Under the pieces are notes generated by a model. That model worked only from the letters and a program-made list of their open reading frames with translations, did not search any database and was not told where the DNA came from. From NCBI RefSeq assembly GCF_035285525.1, contig NZ_JAYKGW010000135.1, positions 1 to 32,000 of the forward strand: a stretch of DNA of 32,000 bases, given 5' to 3'. The position numbers and the translations under genes were made by a program. Positions 25,219 through 32,000 of the stretch are shown here, in pieces. The first letter of the stretch is position 1. Each line of letters starts with the position of its first letter. The stretch comes from Okeania sp. Lineage in GTDB: Bacteria > Cyanobacteriota > Cyanobacteriia > Cyanobacteriales > Microcoleaceae.

Positions 25219-28200
25219 TTAACCAATACCAAAATCAACAATCATTTGTTCCACTTGAGCAGCTACCAGAGGGTTGGGGTCATTTCTCAAATTAGGTAAT
25301 AATTCCACCAATGCACGTTGAGATGCCATCTTCAAATAAGCCAAAGCTGCCTCCCGCACAAAACCAGTAGGGTGACGTAAACAAACCAAAGTTTGTTCCG
25401 CCGTTAAACTCCAACGAGCTGCACGAGCCATCTGTAAACAGCAAGCCAAAGCCCAGTCAGACAGAAAATGACGCAAATCTAAAAGATACCGTAGGCGATC
25501 GCTAGGAGCCATTGGTTGATAAATCACCATCTCAGATAAACTATTTAATTTGCCTTTATAGCTATGTTGATCCAAAATTTCAATCAGCGATCGCTTAGAA
25601 GAAATATCTACAGTATTATCCAAAATTTCCAAACCACGGGCCACATTTGAACGGGAGTCTGACTTAATATTAAAAGCTGCTGCCTGAATCGAACTCAATG
25701 GATAAAGAAACTTCATTAATAAAAAACATTGTTCTATAGCATCTGACTCCAGTAATCGTAAAGACTGCAAAAATATTTCTTTACAATCAACTATCATTCC
25801 TATATTACTTTCCTCTAAACAACCACGATACTGAGAATTAGTTGAACGAATATCTACTTCAGATAAATCTACTATACCTGCATATACCTGTCCCAAGAAC
25901 ATTAATTCTTGCTCTACTAAAATTTCAATTCCACTGCGACCAACTCGTGCCAGTACCCCTTCTATTCCCACTTCTCCTGGCATTTTCAATAATTTGCGGA
26001 GAATATTATGACGTATTGCCCCCCAAGATGTCATCATTCTATTTACCAGAGAATCTAGTGCTTCTGCTGTACCAATTTCACTAATAACAGTCCAAGCTTG
26101 TAATCGTAATAGTTCTGACTTATTGCTATCATTAGCTAACTTAACTAACATAGGAATAGCATCATTTCCCAATCTTACCAATGCTTGTAATGCCGCTTCT
26201 CTAGTTGACTTGTATGACAATCCCCGTAATAATGAAGGATAGTAACTTTCCAAATGAGTAGAAGCAATTACATCCATACAATACTTTCGCACTCGTAATG
26301 ACTCATCCTGTAATAAACTAGGTACATACAGTCGTAACCCTTGCAAATAATCTGCTTCTCCCAAGGCACGAACCCCCATTACTCTTTCCTTTTCCACTTT
26401 AGAAGTAATCATCCGGCGTAAAACATTAGTGGCCTCAGCTTTTTGCTCTATGTCTCCTTTACGCATAATTAAAGCTGCTGCCGTACCTCTCACTACTGCA
26501 TCTACTGAAGGTTGTAAATAAGGACGCAACTGATTAACATCTGGTTTTGACTCTGTAAGCCAAATATAGCGCAAAGCCAAAGCCAATACTTCTGGTGGTA
26601 ATGACGACTTGGTTAACTGTTTTACTTGTTGGAGATAAGCTGGATTAGGATGATTTAACATTGCTTCCAGACTTTGGCATTGTAGTGCCGTTGACATTGT
26701 ATGTAGCAGCGGAGCCAATATTTCCCCTAGATTTTTTTGGTCTATTTGATTCAATAGCTCAATGCAAGAACGTTTATTTTCTTCTGAAGTACCTTTCTCT
26801 AAAGTTTCTACTACTGAGCGTTTTAAACTACGGATATCTACATCTGAGACATTAAATCTTCCTTTCCCGGCACTTTTGACTAACAAACCTACATATTGAG
26901 TTCTAATTAACCATATTATTCCTATCCATAACAAACCAGATATGATTATCGCTATAACAAATATCAGACCTTGTTGGTTTTCAAATAACCCTTTTTCATT
27001 AGTGTCCAATATTAATTTAGATAACCAGAGAATTAGTAATATTATGAACCCACTCAAACCAGTCGAAAATGGTTCTGCGACTCCATTTACCATAGTTTGA
27101 ACATCACTACGAATATTTTCTGGTAGAGGTTGGAATAAAACTGGTCCGGTAGTTTCTATTAATGTGTAGTGTAATAATTCATCTAAAAATCTCAGAATTA
27201 CTAATCCTATAAATACTGAAAATAATCCTGTTATTGCACCTGTAAAAGAAAATAATCCTAAAACTATTGCCCCTATTGGTAAGATCATTGCTGTACCAAA
27301 AACACCTATTCTTTCTACCAAACGACTAGAGGCAAACCATTGAGTTGCTACTTGAAAACTACTTAAAATTCCCTCAAATAAACCTAAGAAACTTGCTATT
27401 TCACTAGCTTTATCAATAGTATCGTTTTGCAATTCTAATTCTAGTTGATAAAAGAATTGAAAGTCTATTAATACATATAAAACTTCTGCTATGACAAAAA
27501 ATGTGATTAATGGCAGTATATAAACTTTGAGAGGACCTTTTATTCTGCGAGTGGAAAATTCTTCTTCATCATCCTCTGGTATCCAACGACTAGAATCGGG
27601 AAAAGATTGTTGATATCTCTCTGATAAATATAATAGGATTCCCGACCCTGATACTATCATTAATCCTGATAATATTGTGACATTATTTAATGACACAAAA
27701 TACAGCATTACAGGTAAAGAGAATCCACTAATTACTCCTGCTACTAAAAAACCACTACTGATGATTGGATATGTTCGTTTAATTTCCCTAATATTAAATA
27801 ATTGATTAGCTGTGATTGAAGTATTCAAATCGTTAAGTAAGTAACAAGCTTCTACCCATAACCACATCATAAAAGTAGTCAGAAAAGCTAAACTTAGACC
27901 AGCTATCTTGATATTTTCAATACCAATTCCAAACCTAAATAAGAATAAAGGAATTGCAATTAGTAATAAAATTACTACTATTACTCGGCGCAAAGGCATA
28001 ACTTTTTGGAGCCAGGAATAGACAAAACCTAAACCTGAACCGATGCCAGCACTAGCAATATATATCCAAGGTAGTTTGTCGGCACCATATTGGTCTAAGA
28101 ATAGACTAACTGTACTCAGTTCTAACCAAACTAATCCTACGGAAGTAAGAGTGTATACCAAAAACATGAGTAGGGTTCGCTCTACTTCCTCATAACGAAG

Positions 28201-28263
28201 ATTTAGAAATTTTAATAATCTATTTCCTAATCCTGTATAACTGTTTAAACTTCTCAGTTCCAT
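25219..28263 (-). CDS. Fusion protein: polytopic transporter-like N-terminal domain (MFS or ATP:ADP-antiporter-like) plus C-terminal HEAT-repeat domain (PBS-lyase type)
   Basis: ATG start, 1014 aa. About 11-12 hydrophobic helices span residues 30-460. The start LRYEEVERTLLMFLVYTLTSVGLVWLE...DKLPWIYIASAGIG resembles TLC/MFS-type carriers. The C-terminal half has HEAT-like units (VVRGTAAALIMRKGD; VMGVRALGEADYL; SLRVRKYCMDVIAS; TREAALQALVRLGNDAIPMLVKLAND; GFVREAALAYLKMAS; DPNPLVAAQVEQMI). Confidence 0.75.
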   Translation of the reverse strand: MELRSLNSYTGLGNRLLKFLNLRYEEVERTLLMFLVYTLTSVGLVWLELSTVSLFLDQYGADKLPWIYIASAGIGSGLGFVYSWLQKVMPLRRVIVVILLLIAIPLFLFRFGIGIENIKIAGLSLAFLTTFMMWLWVEACYLLNDLNTSITANQLFNIREIKRTYPIISSGFLVAGVISGFSLPVMLYFVSLNNVTILSGLMIVSGSGILLYLSERYQQSFPDSSRWIPEDDEEEFSTRRIKGPLKVYILPLITFFVIAEVLYVLIDFQFFYQLELELQNDTIDKASEIASFLGLFEGILSSFQVATQWFASSRLVERIGVFGTAMILPIGAIVLGLFSFTGAITGLFSVFIGLVILRFLDELLHYTLIETTGPVLFQPLPENIRSDVQTMVNGVAEPFSTGLSGFIILLILWLSKLILDTNEKGLFENQQGLIFVIAIIISGLLWIGIIWLIRTQYVGLLVKSAGKGRFNVSDVDIRSLKRSVVETLEKGTSEENKRSCIELLNQIDQKNLGEILAPLLHTMSTALQCQSLEAMLNHPNPAYLQQVKQLTKSSLPPEVLALALRYIWLTESKPDVNQLRPYLQPSVDAVVRGTAAALIMRKGDIEQKAEATNVLRRMITSKVEKERVMGVRALGEADYLQGLRLYVPSLLQDESLRVRKYCMDVIASTHLESYYPSLLRGLSYKSTREAALQALVRLGNDAIPMLVKLANDSNKSELLRLQAWTVISEIGTAEALDSLVNRMMTSWGAIRHNILRKLLKMPGEVGIEGVLARVGRSGIEILVEQELMFLGQVYAGIVDLSEVDIRSTNSQYRGCLEESNIGMIVDCKEIFLQSLRLLESDAIEQCFLLMKFLYPLSSIQAAAFNIKSDSRSNVARGLEILDNTVDISSKRSLIEILDQHSYKGKLNSLSEMVIYQPMAPSDRLRYLLDLRHFLSDWALACCLQMARAARWSLTAEQTLVCLRHPTGFVREAALAYLKMASQRALVELLPNLRNDPNPLVAAQVEQMIVDFGIG

Positions 28264-28284
28264 GTAGTTTACTGAATAACTTTC

Positions 28285-28312
28285 AATAATTAATAATTAA
28301 TAATTAATAATT
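28285..28312. repeat. AATAATT heptamer array, 4 perfect units
   Basis: aataatt repeated four times, 22 nt upstream of the 1014-aa gene start. It is followed at 28313-28395 by a reverse-complement copy of the repeat seen at 16815-16870 (aaaaattcttttagc.aatcctctt...aagaagaggtaatta). Confidence 0.9.
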
Positions 28313-29021
28313 ACCTCTTCTTTTATTAAGTAAGAAGAGGATTGGCTAAAAGAATTTTTTTATTCTTTTGGTTGATATTTTTCTATCAGGCAGTAAGGAA
28401 AAAGGTGATTATAAACTCATCTGATTCAGATTGAATTAATCAATTATTTTGGTTATTCTTTAGTAGCTTTACTTAGTTTAAAAAAAGTTAAGCATTCAGC
28501 CATCAGCTATTAATAAGAAGAGAAGGTAAAAGCAATTTATAAATTGACAGATAATTAAAAGTTACTGCCAAGGCAAGTTCCTTTAACCTTAGAAAAAATT
28601 ATTCATTATTTGCTGTTAATATAGTAATATAGTTATTCCTAAAAAGGAAATTCATTAACAGCGAAGAGACCTTGTGCTTAAGGACACAATTTCAATAAAT
28701 ATGAATTCTAATGTCAAGTTAACTGGCTTTTGTAGCAAGATTTTTCTGGATCAATAAATAATATAATAAAGCTTCCATCGCGGACTAAAAGCAATAGCTG
28801 AGACCTGAGAGCTGAATGCTTAGATATTTTTTTGGACTTTTATAGCGTTTCCCAGAGTTATAAGGCACATTTATAATTTTCAATTTTCTCCTATTTTTTA
28901 TTCCCTTTTCCCAGTTAAATTTTCAGTTGTAGGGAAAATTTTGTACCTCACAAGTATGGGAATTGCTATAATATAGGTTAGTAACAGTTGTCAATACTTT
29001 AGAGTATACAAAACTTACTTT

Positions 29022-29555
29022 TTAGGACTTTTTAGGAGATAACAACATCATCATACTGCGTCCTTCCTTTTTAGGAGCTTGTTGAACCTCCGCTAAATCT
29101 TTTAAATCTGTTGCCATACGTTGCAATAATTCTTCTGCTAGGTTACTATGTTGTATCTCCCGACCCCGGAACATAATAGTAGCCTTGACTTTATCACCAG
29201 ATTCGAGAAAGCGCTTGGCATGAGATAAGCGGACATTATAGTCATGCTCCTCAATTTTATAGCGCATCTTTACTTCCTTAACTTCTGCATTGTGTTGTTT
29301 GGCTTCCTGTACTTTCTTTCTCTTTTTCTGCTCAAACAGATACTTACCATAATCAACTATTCTACAAACTGGTGGATCGGCTTTATCACTGACCATAACC
29401 AGATCGAGACCTTTTTCCTCGGCCATCCGCAAGGCTTCTCTTGTTTCTACAATTCCCAATTGCTGGCCATCTGCATCAACAGCCCTAACTTTAGGAACTC
29501 TAATTTTTTCGTTAACTTGAGGGACATTACGATTATTTTTTCTTTCGATTGGCAT
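29022..29555 (-). CDS. infC: Translation initiation factor IF-3
   Basis: ATG start, 177 aa. It is collinear with E. coli IF-3: [85 protein letters not shown] and MMMLLSPKK. Confidence 0.95.
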   Translation of the reverse strand: MPIERKNNRNVPQVNEKIRVPKVRAVDADGQQLGIVETREALRMAEEKGLDLVMVSDKADPPVCRIVDYGKYLFEQKKRKKVQEAKQHNAEVKEVKMRYKIEEHDYNVRLSHAKRFLESGDKVKATIMFRGREIQHSNLAEELLQRMATDLKDLAEVQQAPKKEGRSMMMLLSPKKS

Positions 29556-29951
29556 TAATTAAGATGATTAAAATTATTATTTAGAGGGACATCCGTACCG
29601 AATTAGGTTACGGTATTTACATAATTTCGACTTTTACTGTTCTACTAAACTTACCCAAAGTAGAGTTTTTTGTTATAGAAGCCTAGGTTTTCTGTTTCAC
29701 TTATAACTTCTAACTAGGATCTGTAACCTAAATTTTAGACCCAAGCTGAAATTTAGTAGTAAATTAAGCTACTATGGCTTTTAATTTGGTTCAGAAAACT
29801 TTGCTAATCTAACTTTTTCTCGACTATTTTCGGGACATTTGTTTGAGTTTAATAGATTTACTTGACTGTTTTTTTTACAGTTTACCCTCTGGGTATTATA
29901 CAATAGTTTAGTATAGGATTTCAAGCCTTAAGTTGAATTAAATACTAAAAA

Positions 29952-29986
29952 GGGAATAGGGAGTAGGGAGTAGAGAGTAGGAAGTA
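29952..29986. repeat. GGGAGTA-type heptamer array, 5 units
   Basis: Units read gggaata gggagta gggagta gagagta ggaagta. Confidence 0.9.
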
Positions 29987-30076
29987 GAAGGAAAAAAATG
30001 ATAATTTCTATGCCAAATTAGTAACGCTACAAATCTTTTTTTGAGAAATAAAAAATAAATTAAAGTAATCCTAGAA

Positions 30077-30150
30077 CAGGGAACAGGGAGAAAGAATTGA
30101 TGATTTCTGGATAAGATAGGAGATTTATAATAGTAATGTGTAATTAATTT
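30077..30150. repeat. Second copy of the heptamer-plus-54-nt-core dispersed repeat
   Basis: cagggaacagggag is followed by ttgatgatttctggataagataggagatttataatagtaatgtgtaattaattt (30097-30150), which matches 14343-14396. Confidence 0.8.
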
Positions 30151-30275
30151 GGCATAAGTACTTATACTTGAAAACTGGCAAAATTACTTTTCTTGATAAC
30201 TGAATTAACCAAATATCAAGTATTTGCTCGAACAAATAATATTTAAAAATAGAAAGTCCAAATATAGCAAAGTTT

Positions 30276-31220
30276 ATGATAATTGGTATGGGTCATAATA
30301 CTAGGGACTGGGAAGAAAAAATAGGTAATCAACGAGACTGGGTATGGCGAGGATGGAAAGTTCGCTACACTTATTCTCGGTGTAAAAATAATCAGGAGAC
30401 TTTAGCGGGGGATAAGTTAGCTAATCCTCCTCTTCTTCTTTTACATGGTTTTGGGGCATCAATAGGCCATTGGCGACATAATATTAATGTCTTAACTGAA
30501 AAACATACGGTCTATGCTTTGGACTTATTGGGTTTTGGTGCTTCTGAAAAGGCGATCGCTAATTACGATAGTAGTTTTTGGGTAGAGCAAGTATATGAGT
30601 TTTGGCAGACTTTTATTGGAGTACCTGTAATATTGGTGGGTAACTCGACTGGTTCATTAATTTCTCTGGTTGCTGCTGCTACTTATCCAGATATGGTTAC
30701 AGGGTTGATAATGATTAGTCTACCGGATCCAATGGCTCAAGCTGAATTAATTCCACCTAAGTTTTTACCTACTGTTGAGTTTATTCAAAATATGGTTGCT
30801 TCTCCATTTCTGTTAAGGGCTTTATTTTTTATTGTTCGTAAGCCTGCGGTTATCCGTCGGTGGGTTAAATTTGCCTATTATAATGGGGATTTAATTACGG
30901 ATGAATTGGTGGACATCTTGGCAAGGCCACCTAGAGACCGGGGTGCTGCCCGTGCTTTTTGTATTGTATTTAAGATTATGGGTAGTACTAAATTGGGGCC
31001 TAGTGTGAAGGCGGTACTTCCTACTTTGAAGGTTCCGATTTTATTAATTTGGGGTAAGCAGGATTTATTGATTCCTCCGAAGTTGGCTAATCCTAGTCAG
31101 TTTACTGAACTTAATCCTCGTTTGGAGTTAGTAGAATTGGATAATGCTGGTCATTGTGCCCATGATGAATGTCCGGAAATTGTTAATGGTTTAATTCTTG
31201 ATTGGGTGGTTAATATTTAA
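30276..31220 (+). CDS. Alpha/beta-fold hydrolase
   Basis: ATG start. The oxyanion-region motif reads LLLLHGFGASIGHWRHN. The nucleophile elbow reads VGNSTGSL. The C-terminal NAGHCAHDECPE supplies the catalytic His context. Confidence 0.9.
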   Translation: MIIGMGHNTRDWEEKIGNQRDWVWRGWKVRYTYSRCKNNQETLAGDKLANPPLLLLHGFGASIGHWRHNINVLTEKHTVYALDLLGFGASEKAIANYDSSFWVEQVYEFWQTFIGVPVILVGNSTGSLISLVAAATYPDMVTGLIMISLPDPMAQAELIPPKFLPTVEFIQNMVASPFLLRALFFIVRKPAVIRRWVKFAYYNGDLITDELVDILARPPRDRGAARAFCIVFKIMGSTKLGPSVKAVLPTLKVPILLIWGKQDLLIPPKLANPSQFTELNPRLELVELDNAGHCAHDECPEIVNGLILDWVVNI

Positions 31221-31320
31221 GTTAGCGGAGCCTAACGCATTGAAATAGTTGGGATAGGCTGTGTATTACATTTTGTTAGCATTCCCTAATAGAGCAATTT
31301 TCTGTATCTTGACATTGAAT

Positions 31321-31379
31321 AAAAAATCATGCTTATGTACGGAAAGAAACCACGATACAAACCATAACATGATTTTTTT
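31321..31379 (+). terminator. Long A/T-flanked hairpin about 100 nt downstream of the hydrolase gene
   Basis: aaaaaatcatgcttatg pairs with cataacatgattttttt (about 16 bp, one bulged C, 25-nt loop). The A-run/T-run flanks give a bidirectional-terminator shape. Confidence 0.4.
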
Positions 31380-31385
31380 GCCGAT

Positions 31386-31418
31386 GCAAGGGGAAAATCC
31401 TCTTGTCGCCGTTTTTTT
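31386..31418 (+). terminator. Second terminator-like hairpin plus T7
   Basis: gcaagggg / cctcttgt forms an 8-bp stem including two G-U pairs, with loop aaaat. It is followed by cgccg and ttttttt (31412-31418). Confidence 0.35.
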
Positions 31419-31480
31419 AAGATATTCACAGAATACAAGCTCAAATTCAGAAATTCAGAGCCTAATTCAGAAATGCTAAA

Positions 31481-31629
31481 CGTTCAATTTTATTAATTTG
31501 CCAATTGTTTGAAGTTGTATCCCAAACTAAATCAAACCTAAGCTTTTGATTGATTTATCGACCAGATTTTGTAATGTAGCGTAATCTGCTGTCTACTGTA
31601 GAATTAAATCTCTCTTCTGATACTAATAA
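31481..31629 (-). pseudogene. Decayed tandem duplicate of the last ~45 codons of the adjacent gene
   Basis: The minus-strand reading gives SEERFNSTVDSRLRYITKSGR*INQKLRFDLVWDTTSNNWQINKIE. The intact copy reads SEDRFNSTVDSRLRYMIRSGYKSNEKLRFYLAWDRDSNRWLIAQVE. The 46-mer at 31582-31627 matches 31731-31776 at 45 of 46 positions, with an offset of 149 nt. Confidence 0.7.
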
Positions 31630-32000
31630 TATTCTACTTGAGCAATTAGCCAACGATTGGAATCTCTGTCCCAAGCTAAATAAAAGCGAAGCTTTTCATT
31701 GGATTTGTATCCTGATCTTATCATGTACCTTAATCTGCTGTCTACTGTAGAATTAAATCTATCTTCTGATACTAATTTGGTGCTTAATACTTCTATGCTT
31801 TTAACTTGAGTCCACCAATCTATGTAGGACTGATAACCTGTTGATTGCATTTCAGAAGATCAATAATTCCAGGCACTTTGATAGTTATAATTGTTTAGAG
31901 TTTGATAGTAATTTCTTAAAGCTTGTTCTGATGATGAAGACTGTTTTTGAGTTTCTCGTCTGGGAAGTGTTTCTGCTGGTGATTGTCTGTAGGTATTTTG
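31623..32000 (-). pseudogene. 3' part of a gene running off the window, interrupted by an in-frame TGA (NTF2-like C-terminal domain, tentative)
   Basis: The minus-strand frame is open from 32000: QNTYRQSPAETLPRRETQKQSSSSEQALRNYYQTLNNYNYQSAWNY, then TGA at 31860-31862, then SSEMQSTGYQSYIDWWTQVKSIEV...WLIAQVEYY and the stop. The same frame continues on both sides, and the stop falls in the ..AW..LS.. position of a single domain. Confidence 0.55.

Noticed and set aside
28795-28825. CTGAGA motifs (agctgagacctgagagctgaatgc) considered as a TPP riboswitch core
   Set aside because: The other conserved THI-box elements (the ACCTGATCTGGATAATGCCAGCG-type stem) are absent. The stretch looks like degenerate CAGCTAT-type heptamers seen elsewhere (19440-19478, 25193-25215, 28496-28512).

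Overview
AT-rich (about one-third G+C by eye) cyanobacterial chromosomal segment. A cyanobacterial origin is supported by at least 12 copies of the HIP1 octamer GCGATCGC (starts 836, 1451, 5818, 6664, 8503, 12969, 21600, 21842, 24153, 25495, 25587, 30552). Gene content agrees: three plant-type [2Fe-2S] ferredoxins, DUF1350, DUF2232-like, biliverdin-reductase-like, SpoIID/LytB, Dps, IF-3 and a CASTOR/POLLUX-type channel. I call 21 intact CDS plus one interrupted gene at the right edge, together covering only about 70% of the window. The remainder is ORF-free DNA filled with period-7 tandem repeats (TAATTAT, GGGAGTA, GGGAATA, AATTCTA, GATAACT types) and several nested MITE-like families. These families include a 13-bp TIR TAGGGTTTGCTGA type, AGAAACCCGGTTTCT palindromes and CCCCTTTTAAGGGG-core elements. 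Low GC, low coding density and heavy repeat load resemble Trichodesmium-type filamentous cyanobacteria, but I cannot confirm the taxon without a search. I found no rRNA, tRNA, CRISPR array, transposase, integrase or phage gene by eye. There is no clear-cut new system; the candidates worth follow-up are listed here. (1) A tight two-gene operon of a 573-aa acidic coiled-coil protein and an orphan Hsp70/actin-fold ATPase. (2) A sigma-factor-less partner-switching module (RsbW-like kinase, receiver-PP2C phosphatase, STAS) whose STAS gene follows an unusual HTH-GrpE-like fusion gene. (3) Three tandem ferredoxin paralogs next to a biliverdin-reductase-like gene and a 1014-aa transporter-like/HEAT-repeat fusion. 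(4) Repeat biology that reaches into coding sequence: repeat-derived N- and C-termini, all-frame stop heptamer arrays at gene ends, and an in-frame TGA plus a decayed tandem duplicate at the right edge. All family assignments come from motif recognition by eye, not database searches.
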